Source: Ignavibacteriota bacterium (lineage in GTDB: Bacteria; Bacteroidota; Ignavibacteria; UBA10030; SZUA-254). From it: DNA of 64,000 nt. The notes under the pieces were generated by a model, which worked only from the letters and a program-made list of their open reading frames with translations, did not search any database and was not told where the DNA came from. Of this stretch, positions 1 to 10,501 are shown piece by piece (positions within the stretch are counted from its first letter, which is position 1; every line of letters begins with the position of its first letter). Both the position numbers and the translations under genes were made by a program. The DNA lies in assembly GCA_016212665.1 (NCBI GenBank), contig JACREZ010000032.1, positions 65,566 to 129,565 of the forward strand, in the 5' to 3' direction.

Positions 1-744
1 TGTGTTCAACATAAATCCCTTCCCGCTCACACCGCTCGGAACATTGATGACATCATAATTTCCATCCATCTTCCAACTTCCACTGCTCATCCCGACATAA
101 CTCACACCAACACGCAATCCTACCCAACGAAGCAGAGCATACTCCACATTCAGCGATGGCTGATAGACGAAAAATGTTCCTTCTAACTGACGTGTATATT
201 CCTGTGTCGGTTGATTATTTCCGTATTCCGTCCACAAGTCGTCCCAAACTTTCGTATCAAGTTGATTTTTTGTCATCTTGATTCCCACTCCGCCACCTCC
301 AAGCGCTACACCGGCAACAACATCTAAACGAGGCACAACAGGAAATGTGTACTCGATAGTCACTGCGCCATAACCGACATTGTACTCAATGTCTCGTCGC
401 GTATTTGCATTGGGGTCGAGGGCTTTCGACTTACGTGTCCCGCTCAATCCCATTCCACCGATGCGGAGATTTTCCACTAACATGATGTAACCATATCCCT
501 GTCCGCCATTTAATAACATTGCATCATCATCAAGCGGAGCGGCATTTGCGTTCTTTAAGAATTGGTTAATCGGGTCAACATCAAGAAACAACAAACTCGG
601 AATAAAACCACCTGCGCCCCCGAGTTTACTGACTTTTGAGCGCTTTGGCGGAAGCAATTCTTCTTCCTCCTCCTGTTCCTGAGCGATGAGAAATGTTGTT
701 GTGAGTAGTAAATAAAAAGAGAGTAACAATAATAAGCGTTTCAT
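1..744 (-). CDS. Secreted/outer-membrane beta-barrel-like hypothetical protein, runs off the window start
   Basis: Read by eye from ATG at 744: MKRLLLLLSFYLLLTTTFLIAQEQEEEEELLPPKRSK...; signal peptide, Gly/aromatic beta-strand pattern, open to position 1. Confidence 0.75.
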   Translation of the reverse strand, partial: MKRLLLLLSFYLLLTTTFLIAQEQEEEEELLPPKRSKVSKLGGAGGFIPSLLFLDVDPINQFLKNANAAPLDDDAMLLNGGQGYGYIMLVENLRIGGMGLSGTRKSKALDPNANTRRDIEYNVGYGAVTIEYTFPVVPRLDVVAGVALGGGGVGIKMTKNQLDTKVWDDLWTEYGNNQPTQEYTRQLEGTFFVYQPSLNVEYALLRWVGLRVGVSYVGMSSGSWKMDGNYDVINVPSGVSGKGFMLNT

Positions 745-817
745 GAGTTGTCCTTTATTTGAGAGTTATGTTTTCGGTGAAAAATGTATGAAAATATGAG
801 GTGAGTTCAAAACGACA

Positions 818-1954
818 TCAGTAACGAGGAACAGAAGTATCAACCGTTCGGGACCATTCATCAATTCCTCCGGCAAGGTTGATGACGTTGTGAAAACCGT
901 TATTCTTCAAGAACTCAACTGCCCGCGCGCTTCGTATTCCATGATGACACATCACGACAATTGGTTTATCGTTCGGCAGTCCGTCAAGATGTTGAGGTAT
1001 AGTCGCCAGCGGCATCAAAACACCACCGATGTTGCAAATGCGATACTCGTATTGCTCACGGACATCAAGAAGAAAAATGTTGTTCTCTTTCTTCATCAGT
1101 TCATGGAGTTCTTTCGGTGTCAGTTCGTTCTTCTCTGTTAGGAAGCCAGTGGACGGATTACAAAATTCTTCGTAGTCAATCAGTTTTGTTATTGATGGAT
1201 GTTCACCGCACATAGGGCAGTCAGGATTCTTTTTTATTTTCAATTCCTGAAACTGAAGCATCAATCCATCAAACACAAGCAAACGACCGATAAGAGGTTC
1301 ACCGCATCCGAGAATCAACTTCATGGCTTCTAACGCCTGCAATGTACCGATAACTCCGGGTAGTGCGCCAAGCACTCCACCTTCCGCACAATTCGGAACC
1401 AACTCCGGCGGCGGCGGACTCGGATACAAGCAACGATAACACGGACCTCGTTCCGCATCAAATACACTCACCTGTCCATCAAACCGGAAAATACTTCCAT
1501 AGACATTCGGTTTCTTCAACATCACACACGCATCATTGACAAGATAGCGAGTTGGGAAGTTGTCCGTTCCATCTATCACAATATCAAAGCGGCGAATTAT
1601 TTCCAACGCGTTTTCCGAAGACAATCGAACAGGAAATGTTTCAACCTCGACATGTGGATTTATTTGTTTGATTCTCTCTTGTGCTGATTCAAGTTTCGAT
1701 GTGCCGATATTTTCCGTTGAGTGAAGCACCTGACGTTGTAAATTTGTAATGTCAACGACATCGAAATCAACAATGCCAAGCGTACCGATACCGGAGGCGG
1801 CTAAATACAACGCGAGAGGAGAACCCAATCCTCCCGCACCGATAATCAACACTCGTGCGGCTTTGAGTTTCTTCTGTCCCTCCTCCCCGATTTCCGGCAT
1901 GATGATATGTCTGCCGTACCGTCGGAGTTCATCCTGTGTGAGTGTTACTTCCAT
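818..1954 (-). CDS. moeB: Molybdopterin-synthase adenylyltransferase MoeB/MoeZ with C-terminal rhodanese domain
   Basis: RYGRH, GAGGLGS, NLQRQ, CYRC and CPMC motifs; rhodanese CHHGIRS. Confidence 0.93.
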   Translation of the reverse strand: MEVTLTQDELRRYGRHIIMPEIGEEGQKKLKAARVLIIGAGGLGSPLALYLAASGIGTLGIVDFDVVDITNLQRQVLHSTENIGTSKLESAQERIKQINPHVEVETFPVRLSSENALEIIRRFDIVIDGTDNFPTRYLVNDACVMLKKPNVYGSIFRFDGQVSVFDAERGPCYRCLYPSPPPPELVPNCAEGGVLGALPGVIGTLQALEAMKLILGCGEPLIGRLLVFDGLMLQFQELKIKKNPDCPMCGEHPSITKLIDYEEFCNPSTGFLTEKNELTPKELHELMKKENNIFLLDVREQYEYRICNIGGVLMPLATIPQHLDGLPNDKPIVVMCHHGIRSARAVEFLKNNGFHNVINLAGGIDEWSRTVDTSVPRY

Positions 1955-2003
1955 TGTGAAAACATTCTTTGTTTGGTATATTGGCTAACCGTTTTTTGAA
2001 TTT

Positions 2004-2879
2004 ATGAAACTGAACTTGTTTGTATTTTTCTTTTTGATTTTTCCCGCTGTATCATTCGCACAAGAAGATACGGAAAAAAATCATTGGGTGTTATTTCCTT
2101 CGGGATTGAACTTCGTGCCGTTCAAAGCAAACATCGCGGAGCCGCGTATCGGTGTTTTCAAATTCACCGATGCAGAGGAAATGAAGGTGGATATCGGAAA
2201 TTCCGTTGATGTATTCGGGTATGTGATTCCCTCATCGAACATCAACTTGCGTGTCAGCGCCGACTTCTTTGCGTACGCATTTGTCACCGGCGCGCAGGGC
2301 TTACGACTTCAAATTGATGCTGTGGATGGGTTCTTCGGCGGCAACATTTCACTCTCCCAAACATCGGATTCAAACTATTGGCAAAGTCGCTTACGAATAC
2401 TCCACCACAGCGCGCATCTTGTGGATGGTCATTACTCAACCGCAACTCATTCGTGGCTTGATAATCGTGAGCCGATTCCGTACACACAAGATTTCGGTGA
2501 ACTGACAATCGCCCGAATTCAAACTTCAAATTTCTTAAAGTTCAGGTATTATGGAGGCATTTCATACGCCACACTCGTCCGACCGAACGAAATAGCACGA
2601 CTATCATATTTTACAGGGGTTGAATCGTATTCAGAAAAGAGTCTGGGAGAAATTCTCAATCAACCAACCAACCTGTTTCTTGCTTACCAACTTTCATTGA
2701 CAGGCGAACCGACGTATCACGCAAGTCATAATGTACAAGCAGGTATCAAATTCGGAACGTGGTACGAGAAAGGTGTTACGATGTATCTTGGCTATTACAC
2801 CGGAACGCACATGTTTGCCGAATATTATAATCAGCGACTGACTACACTTGGCGTGGGGTTTACGATTGACTTTTACTAA
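2004..2879 (+). CDS. Outer-membrane protein, DUF1207-like
   Basis: Signal peptide, AEPR motif, HHSAHLVD motif, C-terminal aromatic beta-strand. Confidence 0.65.
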   Translation: MKLNLFVFFFLIFPAVSFAQEDTEKNHWVLFPSGLNFVPFKANIAEPRIGVFKFTDAEEMKVDIGNSVDVFGYVIPSSNINLRVSADFFAYAFVTGAQGLRLQIDAVDGFFGGNISLSQTSDSNYWQSRLRILHHSAHLVDGHYSTATHSWLDNREPIPYTQDFGELTIARIQTSNFLKFRYYGGISYATLVRPNEIARLSYFTGVESYSEKSLGEILNQPTNLFLAYQLSLTGEPTYHASHNVQAGIKFGTWYEKGVTMYLGYYTGTHMFAEYYNQRLTTLGVGFTIDFY

Positions 2880-2904
2880 ACGTGATGGAGTAAGGGATTT
2901 CTCT

Positions 2905-3012
2905 AAGTTTCCTGTTTCAGTTTCCTGTTTTCAGTTTTCTGTTCCCAGTTCCTGTTTACTGAGTACTGAATACTCCACCACTCCATCACTCCAATACTCC
3001 ATCACTCCATTG
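2905..3012. repeat. Short tandem 7-8 bp repeats
   Basis: tttcctg/tttcag units then actccatc/actccaat units. Confidence 0.7.
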
Positions 3013-3015
3013 AGT

Positions 3016-3750
3016 TCACGTTCCCTTAGCTGCCTTCTTTGCCGCACGCGTTGCCGCCGCTTTCTTCTTTCCTAAGCGTTGTGCTTTCGTCGGACCGGAT
3101 AATACTTTCTTCCCCAACTTCTCCAACAACTGCGGATGCGTGTACATCAATTGTGCTTCTGCTGTCTTCACAAATGCAGTAATCCATTTCGCCAAGTTCG
3201 CGAAGGCGGTCTTCTTATCTTTCGTTTGGCTTTGGGTCGTACCTACTGCACTGCTCTGTGCAGAACTGAGAGCGGCATAGACTTCCACTTCCGCTTGTTC
3301 AGCAACGAGCCGCTCCCCATTGTAGCCCCATTTTGCCAGTTCGGTTTTGATGGTGTCTGTCTCTAACGAATTTTTATAGGCGATACGTGCGGCGTTGAGA
3401 AACGTGGCTTCGGTCCTTGGCACTGCAGAATTAAACCCAAGTATTTCAATATCGGTGGGGGTAAGATGCGCGAGTGAAGTCTTCTTCAAACTCATATACT
3501 TTTTATGAATTTCCAACTGCTTGAAGTCCTCTGCTTTCGACGCTTCCTTCTGTTTTGCTTTCACCGACTTTTTCGTCGCTGTACTGGCAATTGCGATGTT
3601 GTATAACTCCCAACCTTCTCCCATCCGCTCATCGGTATAACCGCAGTTCACGAGTAAGGGGCGCAACTCGGCATCTTCGCTCCCGTTTTTCAGGACGACA
3701 TATGCCTTCGCTAATTGCTGTTGTTCTGATTGACTTGCATTTGTTTTCAT
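3016..3750 (-). CDS. Alpha-helical hypothetical protein with internal two-fold repeat and basic Lys/Ala tail
   Basis: 244 aa ORF; LVNCGYTDERM vs LAKWGYNGERL repeat; PQLLEKLG near C-terminus; tail KKKAAATRAAKKAAK. Confidence 0.8.
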   Translation of the reverse strand: MKTNASQSEQQQLAKAYVVLKNGSEDAELRPLLVNCGYTDERMGEGWELYNIAIASTATKKSVKAKQKEASKAEDFKQLEIHKKYMSLKKTSLAHLTPTDIEILGFNSAVPRTEATFLNAARIAYKNSLETDTIKTELAKWGYNGERLVAEQAEVEVYAALSSAQSSAVGTTQSQTKDKKTAFANLAKWITAFVKTAEAQLMYTHPQLLEKLGKKVLSGPTKAQRLGKKKAAATRAAKKAAKGT

Positions 3751-3824
3751 GTGTTTTCCCTTTGTTATTGTTTTGGTTATAATTGATTTACATTTGAACT
3801 ATCTTACTTTCTGATTAAAAAAGC

Positions 3825-4202
3825 CAACATTGGACTATCTTTACGTTACAACACTGCGAATTGACATTACAATGCAACGAAACAACTCAACATTACGTTA
3901 TCTTTGACTTACATTACTTCATCTTCGAGTTACATCGCTTTATCTTGACATTACATTGCTCTATCTTCGAGTAACTTTGCTTTATCTTCACGTACCATTA
4001 CTTTATCTTTGATGAACATTAGAACATCTTCCGTCCGCATTGAGACATCGTACATCAACAATGGTTCATCTTCCCACTCCATCACATCACATGGGATGAA
4101 AGCGACCATGATGGTAAAAAGAACAGACGCAATGGAAACAAGTTTGCTTCCGTTGTTGAAAACATATTCTCCAATGCACGGAAATATAAACATGATGTCA
4201 AA
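3825..4202. repeat. Degenerate 21-bp-period tandem array (~18 units)
   Basis: Units ttacattacttcatcttcgag / ttacatcgctttatcttgaca / ttacattgctctatcttcgag / taactttgctttatcttcacg in exact 21-bp phase. Confidence 0.85.
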
Positions 4203-4211
4203 CAAAGAAGT

Positions 4212-7200
4212 TCACTTCAGCAAGAGCATTTTCTTCATGTCGGTGAACATTTCTCCTGAGTTTGACGAAGGAACATTCGAGCCGTTTGAAGCGGGCAATG
4301 CCGTGAGGCGATAGAAATAAATGCCGCTTGGTAAATTGCTTGCATCAAATTCGATTGACTTGTAGCCTGCATCCTGAACTTCATCTGCAAGCGTAGCAAT
4401 AACTCTTCCGAGCATATCATACACTTTGAGAGTAACCAAACTATTAACTGATAACTGATAACGTACAACCGTAGTCGGGTTAAAGGGGTTAGGGTAGTTC
4501 TGTTCAAGTGAATAGCAGTTCGGAACATTTTCCTTGCTGGTTACTTGCAGAACAATCTCGTTATTATCATGTTCGATTATATAATTTTTCTTTTGAATCA
4601 AATCAGCCACTTGCGAGCCAATCTGTAATTTGGCAGTTATGTTCTTCTTCTGTTGCAACCAGTTAACAGTAATCGGATAGCTCGTTGACGAGAGCAATAT
4701 CTTAAGGAATGTTGTGCCTCCATTTGAAATATTTTCAACTTGCTTTTGCGTGGCGAAACGTACATCAAAACATCCTTGCGGAGGTACGGGAGGAAATTCA
4801 AAATATGATTCCGGAATATTCATTGTTGTTCCTCCATCAATAAAGAGTCTTTGTTGATTTCCTTCAGTATCGGTAAACACTATTTGAGCGGCATCTTCAA
4901 GTTGCGCGTTAACCGAAACAGGTCTTTCTTTTTCAAATGCTCGGGATTCAGAAGATAGTATCAACTTCCCATCGGTCGAGACTTTTACCCAATATCCATG
5001 TAAAGGAAGTAGTGTTCCGGTCGTCTTATATAATTTTGTAAATTCATAATATTCAGAAACAACGATGTTGGAAGGGAACGTCGTTATCATCGAGGTCGAG
5101 AGTGTGTCTTGAACAGAACCGATGAGATTCCAACCTTCCCGTACGTCGATCGTATCGAATGTGTTTTTCTTTCCCAGTAAAGTTACCAATTGTGCGCTCG
5201 GAAATTTCAGCCAAAATCCTTTCCCATTTTCTAATGTATCTTGACGTTCATAATTGCCATCACTTGTGAATGTGAACACGTCAGAGGATGATGTGGGAAA
5301 TATGGCGCTCTTCCTCCAATCCGGAACTTGTAAGGGTAATGAGAGAAGATTCCACCGTTTCTCAACATTATAATGGTATTGAAAAAATGGCGTTGTTCGG
5401 AAACTCCATATTTCTGACCATTGACTAATTTTTGTGTCATTCAGACTTCGAACACGCCAATAATACTTCGTCCCTTCTGAAAGAAACGATGCTATGATAA
5501 ATGTCCGTGTAAGAATCGTGTCGAGAAGTACGTCCTCTTCGAATAATGAATCTTCAGAAACTTCCAGTTGATACCGTAAAGCATTATATGCTTGATTCCA
5601 TGCAATGACAGTAGCGTTTTTGTCTATCTCAGAATTGTTCGGAGGACGACTTAACATCGGTTGATACGGTAATAATGGTGACGACGCATTACGGGTAACG
5701 AGAATTGTTCCGCCATCGCCAACAGCGAACCCCGTATCAGCATCAACAAAGGTAATACCCCGTAAACTATTTCCGTTAGGACTTAGTTGAGCAAGCCAAT
5801 TTTTTCCGCCATTGGTTGTAGCGTATATATCGCCCCATCGCACGGCAGCATATCCAAATGTAGAATCAAGAAATGTCATCGCCCTGATACTTGAAGAAAG
5901 ACCTTCAGCAAAGAGCGACCAAGTATTTCCACCATCTATTGTTCTGTACAATCTTCCATTCCAATAGTATCCACCCCCTGCAAATCCCAGTAATGGACTA
6001 ACAAATTTTATTTCATAAATACTTTCATAGGAAATGGTTGTTTGTGTCCACGTACTTCCGCCATCGGTGGTTTTACTTATTATGCTCTGACCGATTTCGT
6101 AATTAATACCAGCGGTCCACCCCGTGTCGCGGTTAATGAAAAAAACCGAATACAATGTTGCGCCAAAATCGTGCGGTAATATTTGCCAATCCTGCCCGCC
6201 ATTATCTGTCTTCAAAATGACAGAAGTACTCAATTTCTCAGATGAACTTCGTTGAACAACTCTATTTCTTAAAGATGGGTATTTTTCTTCTTGTGATTCA
6301 ACCCAATCAATCTCTTGCCCTCCGACAGCGTATCCTCTTGATGTATCCATGAATTGAACCGAAAGTAAACTTAAAGATGTCCCGCTCGTTTGATAATGCC
6401 AAGTATTCCCCCTATCTGTTGTATGTACAATCTCGCCGAAGAGTCCAACAGCCCATCCCTTCTCCTCGGTAGGAAAAGAAAGTGATTGAAGCGGTGAACC
6501 AACAGTACTAACGGTATTCCAGTCGCGACCAAAATTCGTTGTTTTGAAAATAACACCTCCGCTCAGCGAATAGTTGTTCCCACCAACCGCCCAGCCAATT
6601 TTATCGGCGGTAAATACAATATCGGTTAAATCATCAGTCGTTCCATGTATTTTTGATCCCCATGTAAAACCTCCATCCGTCGTGATAAGAATTTTTCCTG
6701 CATTGCCAACGACACATCCGTTAAGCGTATCTAAAAAATACACCGTGTTTAACCTGTCTGTCGTTCCACTGTTTTGTTGTTGCCAATGAATGCCATCGGA
6801 CATTTTTAATATCTCTCCTCCTTCAGAAACAGCCCATCCATGCTTTTCGTCTTTTATGTGCATACCATATAACGATTGTCCTGTACCGCTTGTTTGCAAA
6901 TTCCATGACTCTCCTCCATCTGTCGTCATCATTATTTTGCCTTGTCCTCCACTCCACCATCCAACGCTACTATTTGCAAATTGAATATTGAATATTGGTC
7001 CTTCGTAAATGTTTTGTATTTCCCATGAATCCCCACCATTAGTTGTTTTCAAGATATGAGATATAATTGGTCCTGCAGGACCGGCATCAACCACTATCCA
7101 TCCAGTCATAGCATTTACAAAATACATACAAGTTGTTGCTATTCCATCAAGCCCAATCGGTATCGCAGACCACGACAGACCTCCATCGGTCGTTTTATAC

Positions 7201-7634
7201 ACTAAGGCATCTCCCGGCGGATTAGCCATACCCACCATCCAACCTGTGTATGAATCAATAAATTGAATTTTATATAATTGTTCATTCATGACCGATCGTA
7301 ATTTAATCCAAGTAATTCCAGCATCAACTGTCTTTAATACGATACCGTTTTCGCCAACCGCCCAACCTGTATCTTCAGTACTAAAAAATATATCAAACAA
7401 AAATTGTTTGGTGCCTGCGATGTTGTGTTGTATATCCCAAGTTTCTCCAAAATCTTTGGTCTTAATAATTGTACTTGCATTCCCAGCGATGATAACGTGT
7501 CCGGGTTCGAGAACATGAACGCCATAATTTGAATTTCCATGAGGTAGAGGGTTCTGCCAATACCATTTAGATTGCTGTGAATAGTTTGTGATGACGCAAC
7601 AAAACGTGAGTATAATAAATAATCTAATTTTCAT
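4212..7634 (-). CDS. T9SS type A sorting-domain protein with YCF48/BNR beta-propeller repeats and Fn3-like domain
   Basis: Many TTDGGxxW Asp-box repeats, YYWRVRS, C-terminal LEQNYPNPFNP...GIYFYRL. Confidence 0.88.
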   Translation of the reverse strand: MKIRLFIILTFCCVITNYSQQSKWYWQNPLPHGNSNYGVHVLEPGHVIIAGNASTIIKTKDFGETWDIQHNIAGTKQFLFDIFFSTEDTGWAVGENGIVLKTVDAGITWIKLRSVMNEQLYKIQFIDSYTGWMVGMANPPGDALVYKTTDGGLSWSAIPIGLDGIATTCMYFVNAMTGWIVVDAGPAGPIISHILKTTNGGDSWEIQNIYEGPIFNIQFANSSVGWWSGGQGKIMMTTDGGESWNLQTSGTGQSLYGMHIKDEKHGWAVSEGGEILKMSDGIHWQQQNSGTTDRLNTVYFLDTLNGCVVGNAGKILITTDGGFTWGSKIHGTTDDLTDIVFTADKIGWAVGGNNYSLSGGVIFKTTNFGRDWNTVSTVGSPLQSLSFPTEEKGWAVGLFGEIVHTTDRGNTWHYQTSGTSLSLLSVQFMDTSRGYAVGGQEIDWVESQEEKYPSLRNRVVQRSSSEKLSTSVILKTDNGGQDWQILPHDFGATLYSVFFINRDTGWTAGINYEIGQSIISKTTDGGSTWTQTTISYESIYEIKFVSPLLGFAGGGYYWNGRLYRTIDGGNTWSLFAEGLSSSIRAMTFLDSTFGYAAVRWGDIYATTNGGKNWLAQLSPNGNSLRGITFVDADTGFAVGDGGTILVTRNASSPLLPYQPMLSRPPNNSEIDKNATVIAWNQAYNALRYQLEVSEDSLFEEDVLLDTILTRTFIIASFLSEGTKYYWRVRSLNDTKISQWSEIWSFRTTPFFQYHYNVEKRWNLLSLPLQVPDWRKSAIFPTSSSDVFTFTSDGNYERQDTLENGKGFWLKFPSAQLVTLLGKKNTFDTIDVREGWNLIGSVQDTLSTSMITTFPSNIVVSEYYEFTKLYKTTGTLLPLHGYWVKVSTDGKLILSSESRAFEKERPVSVNAQLEDAAQIVFTDTEGNQQRLFIDGGTTMNIPESYFEFPPVPPQGCFDVRFATQKQVENISNGGTTFLKILLSSTSYPITVNWLQQKKNITAKLQIGSQVADLIQKKNYIIEHDNNEIVLQVTSKENVPNCYSLEQNYPNPFNPTTVVRYQLSVNSLVTLKVYDMLGRVIATLADEVQDAGYKSIEFDASNLPSGIYFYRLTALPASNGSNVPSSNSGEMFTDMKKMLLLK

Positions 7635-7694
7635 ACTATGTTCCTCGACAATTATTTTGAAAATGTAGTGTTGAATCAGGATAGTTACATAAAC

Positions 7695-7757
7695 ACAAAA
7701 CCCGTCCCAAGGGGATCGTTGACATCAGGGCGTAAATGTCCTTCAGCGGGTTTTTGT
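7695..7757 (-). promoter_or_regulatory. Terminator-like hairpin in the 5' leader of the T9SS protein gene
   Basis: acaaaacccg...cgggtttttgt inverted repeat between promoter and start codon. Confidence 0.45.
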
Positions 7758-7838
7758 TAAACTCGTTTAACTGCGTATCCTCAGGTGGATAAAATATTTT
7801 GTGTAAATTTCCCATGCATCCTGTGTTGCTACGCCGTT

Positions 7839-7867
7839 ATGATATGGAAAAAAAGAGAAAAAGTCAA
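7839..7867 (-). promoter_or_regulatory. sigma70-type promoter
   Basis: Minus strand TTGACT-17 bp-TATCAT. Confidence 0.55.
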
Positions 7868-7976
7868 GCATTTTCCAAAATATTTTTTTTCTCGTACTAA
7901 AATAAATAGAGAGTTGCTTTTTGCCTGACTTTTTCCTTAATTTGCACCACATTAATTTGAACAACAACGGGGATTT

Positions 7977-8345
7977 ATGTCAAACCAATTTCACATTTTA
8001 GTTGCCGATGATGAAGATTCATTACGGTCGGTGATTGTTACCGAATTACAAGAAAATAATTTTCATGTTCGAGAAGCATCGGACGGAGCGGAAGCAATTT
8101 CGTTACTGAAGCAACATACGTTCGACCTCGCATTGCTTGATATGAAAATGCCGAACAAAACCGGCTTGGAGGTTTTGCAATTCATTCACGACAATGAAAT
8201 CAAACTGAAAGTGTATATGCTGACTTCGATGGATGATTTACACATAGCTCTCGAAGCGCGTAAACTTGGAGCGGAAGGTTATTTATTGAAGCCCTTCAAT
8301 ATTGATGAAGTGAGAGAAAGAGTTGTTGATGCATTAAACCATTGA
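7977..8345 (+). CDS. Single-domain response regulator (receiver)
   Basis: ILVADDE, LLDMKMP, LLKPF motifs. Confidence 0.92.
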   Translation: MSNQFHILVADDEDSLRSVIVTELQENNFHVREASDGAEAISLLKQHTFDLALLDMKMPNKTGLEVLQFIHDNEIKLKVYMLTSMDDLHIALEARKLGAEGYLLKPFNIDEVRERVVDALNH

Positions 8346-8423
8346 CGATTGTATCATTGACGATTGAATCATTGAAACAAATGATACAATGACTCTCAAT
8401 GAGCCGTAGGCAATCGTAAATCG

Positions 8424-9191
8424 TCAATTGGCTTTTATCACAGAAATCATTTCATTGTGGACAACTCCGTTGCTTGCAAGAATTTCTTTCTGATACACAC
8501 TGAACTTCCCACCATGAAAATCTGTCACCGTCCCTCCTGCTTCCTGCACAAGTAACATTCCTGCCGCCATGTCCCAGGGATTGAGGGCGACTTCCCAGAA
8601 TCCATCGTATCTGCCGCACGCGACGTACGCCAAATCAATCGCCGCCGAACCCATACGACGAACTGCTTGTGCCTTCATCAGAAAATTTACAAATCGTTCC
8701 ACCGCATGATTAGGATTTTCAACTATGTTGTAGGGAAAACCGGTAACAAGTAAACTCTTACCAAGTGTTTGTGTTTGCGACACTTTCATTTTTCTTCCAT
8801 TCAAGTAAGCGCCTTTTCCTTTTTCTGCTGTGAACATTTCATCAAGGTTCGGGTCGTAAATCACTCCTGCAATTATTTCGCCATCGTGTTCAATGCCGAT
8901 GGAAACACAGAACACCGGAAGTCCGTGTGTAAAGTTGGTCGTTCCATCAAGCGGGTCAATAATCCATTTTGTTTTAGAGGACCCCTGACTTCCCCGTTCT
9001 TCGGCGAGAATCTCATGTGACGGAAAATGTTTCCTGATGATTTCGATAATCATCTCCTCCGAGCGTTTGTCAATCTCCGTAACGAGGTTCCGTTCGCTCC
9101 CATCTTTCTGTTCGATTGTTTTGATTTTGCCAACGCTTTGTTTGAGAAATTTCCCTGCGACCTTTGCCGCTTCAACTGCAACGTGTACCAT
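8424..9191 (-). CDS. suhB: Inositol monophosphatase family protein
   Basis: WIIDPLDGTTNF, GSAA, WDMAAG motifs. Confidence 0.92.
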   Translation of the reverse strand: MVHVAVEAAKVAGKFLKQSVGKIKTIEQKDGSERNLVTEIDKRSEEMIIEIIRKHFPSHEILAEERGSQGSSKTKWIIDPLDGTTNFTHGLPVFCVSIGIEHDGEIIAGVIYDPNLDEMFTAEKGKGAYLNGRKMKVSQTQTLGKSLLVTGFPYNIVENPNHAVERFVNFLMKAQAVRRMGSAAIDLAYVACGRYDGFWEVALNPWDMAAGMLLVQEAGGTVTDFHGGKFSVYQKEILASNGVVHNEMISVIKAN

Positions 9192-9209
9192 TATTTCAAA
9201 CTTTCTGGT

Positions 9210-10499
9210 CTACGAGTTAATAACGTTAATTCCACTTTTGCTGAGTAATTTTTTCAGCCGTCCGTCAAACTTCTTATCGAACCGAAAACGAATTTTCATC
9301 GTGTTATTTTCATCGTATTCCTTCTCAATGATTTCTGCAAACTCATGGAGTTTTGAGACGAGCCGGTAATCTGACGGCATGAGATGCAGAATCTGTTCTT
9401 TCAATTCGTGTTCAAGCACTTCAAGAATTTTTTCTTTCAGGCTTGAAATGTTAATACCGCGTGATGCGGAGATAAATACAGCGTTTTCGTATTCTTTGCC
9501 CAACGAAGTCACCAATCCCCGGTCTTGAAGTGCATCTATTTTGTTGAAAACAATGACTGTTGGCTTCTCTCCCGCGCCGAGTTCCTGAAGCGTTTCACGC
9601 ACAACACAGACATGTTCTTCAAATTGCGGATGACTGACATCTACAACATGCAGCACGACATCCGCTTCAACAACTTCAGCCAATGTACTTCTGAATGATG
9701 CAATCAAATGTGGCGGAAGTTTCCTGATAAATCCGACCGTATCTGATAAAAGAATTCTTTTTGTTTGCGAGATGGCAACTTGTCGAACTGTTGTATCGAG
9801 CGTTGCAAATAATCTATCTTCAATGAAAACATCAGCACCGGACATTTGTTTAAGCAATGTAGATTTTCCTGCGTTCGTATATCCAACCAATGCCACACGT
9901 GTCCACTCTTTTCTCCGGCTCCGTTGTACACTTCGCTCAACACTGATTCCTTCTAATTTCTCTTTCAGATTTCCGATGCGAGCGCGAACTGCACGACGGT
10001 CAACTTCCAACTGTGTTTCGCCGGGTCCTTTCGTTCCAACACCGCCGTATTGTTTCGATAAGTGCGTCCATGCTCTCGTTAATCTCGGCAACATGTACTG
10101 AAGTTGTGCAAGTTCTACTTGCGTCATCGCCTCTTTCGTCTTCGCTCTTGATGCGAAAATATCGAGAATTAATCCGCTTCGGTCAATAATTTTGCACTTC
10201 ATTACTTTCTCAAGATTTCTTACCTGCATAGCGGAAAGGTCATCATCAAAAATTACTGATTCTATTTTTTCTTGTTCGACAAGTTGAGCAATCTCATTAA
10301 TTTTGCCTTTACCAAGATACGTAGCCGGTTGGATTCCATCACGCTCTTGCGTAATTTTGTGAACAACTTCGACTCCCGCTGTATCGGCAAGTCTGATGAG
10401 TTCATCAAGATAATCGCGCACTTGGTAGCGACTGACTTTATTCGTCACTAAGCCGACAACAATTGCCCGTTCTGTTTTTTGTGTTGAGTGAAGTTCCAT
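9210..10499 (-). CDS. hflX: GTPase HflX
   Basis: GPGETQLE, GYTNAGKS, LFATLD, DTVGFI, NKID. Confidence 0.96.
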   Translation of the reverse strand: MELHSTQKTERAIVVGLVTNKVSRYQVRDYLDELIRLADTAGVEVVHKITQERDGIQPATYLGKGKINEIAQLVEQEKIESVIFDDDLSAMQVRNLEKVMKCKIIDRSGLILDIFASRAKTKEAMTQVELAQLQYMLPRLTRAWTHLSKQYGGVGTKGPGETQLEVDRRAVRARIGNLKEKLEGISVERSVQRSRRKEWTRVALVGYTNAGKSTLLKQMSGADVFIEDRLFATLDTTVRQVAISQTKRILLSDTVGFIRKLPPHLIASFRSTLAEVVEADVVLHVVDVSHPQFEEHVCVVRETLQELGAGEKPTVIVFNKIDALQDRGLVTSLGKEYENAVFISASRGINISSLKEKILEVLEHELKEQILHLMPSDYRLVSKLHEFAEIIEKEYDENNTMKIRFRFDKKFDGRLKKLLSKSGINVINS

Positions 10500-10501
10500 C
10501 T

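Noticed and set aside
3951-4314. Short ORFs across the first 21-bp array
   Set aside because: By-products of periodic sequence; adjacent units carry in-phase stops.
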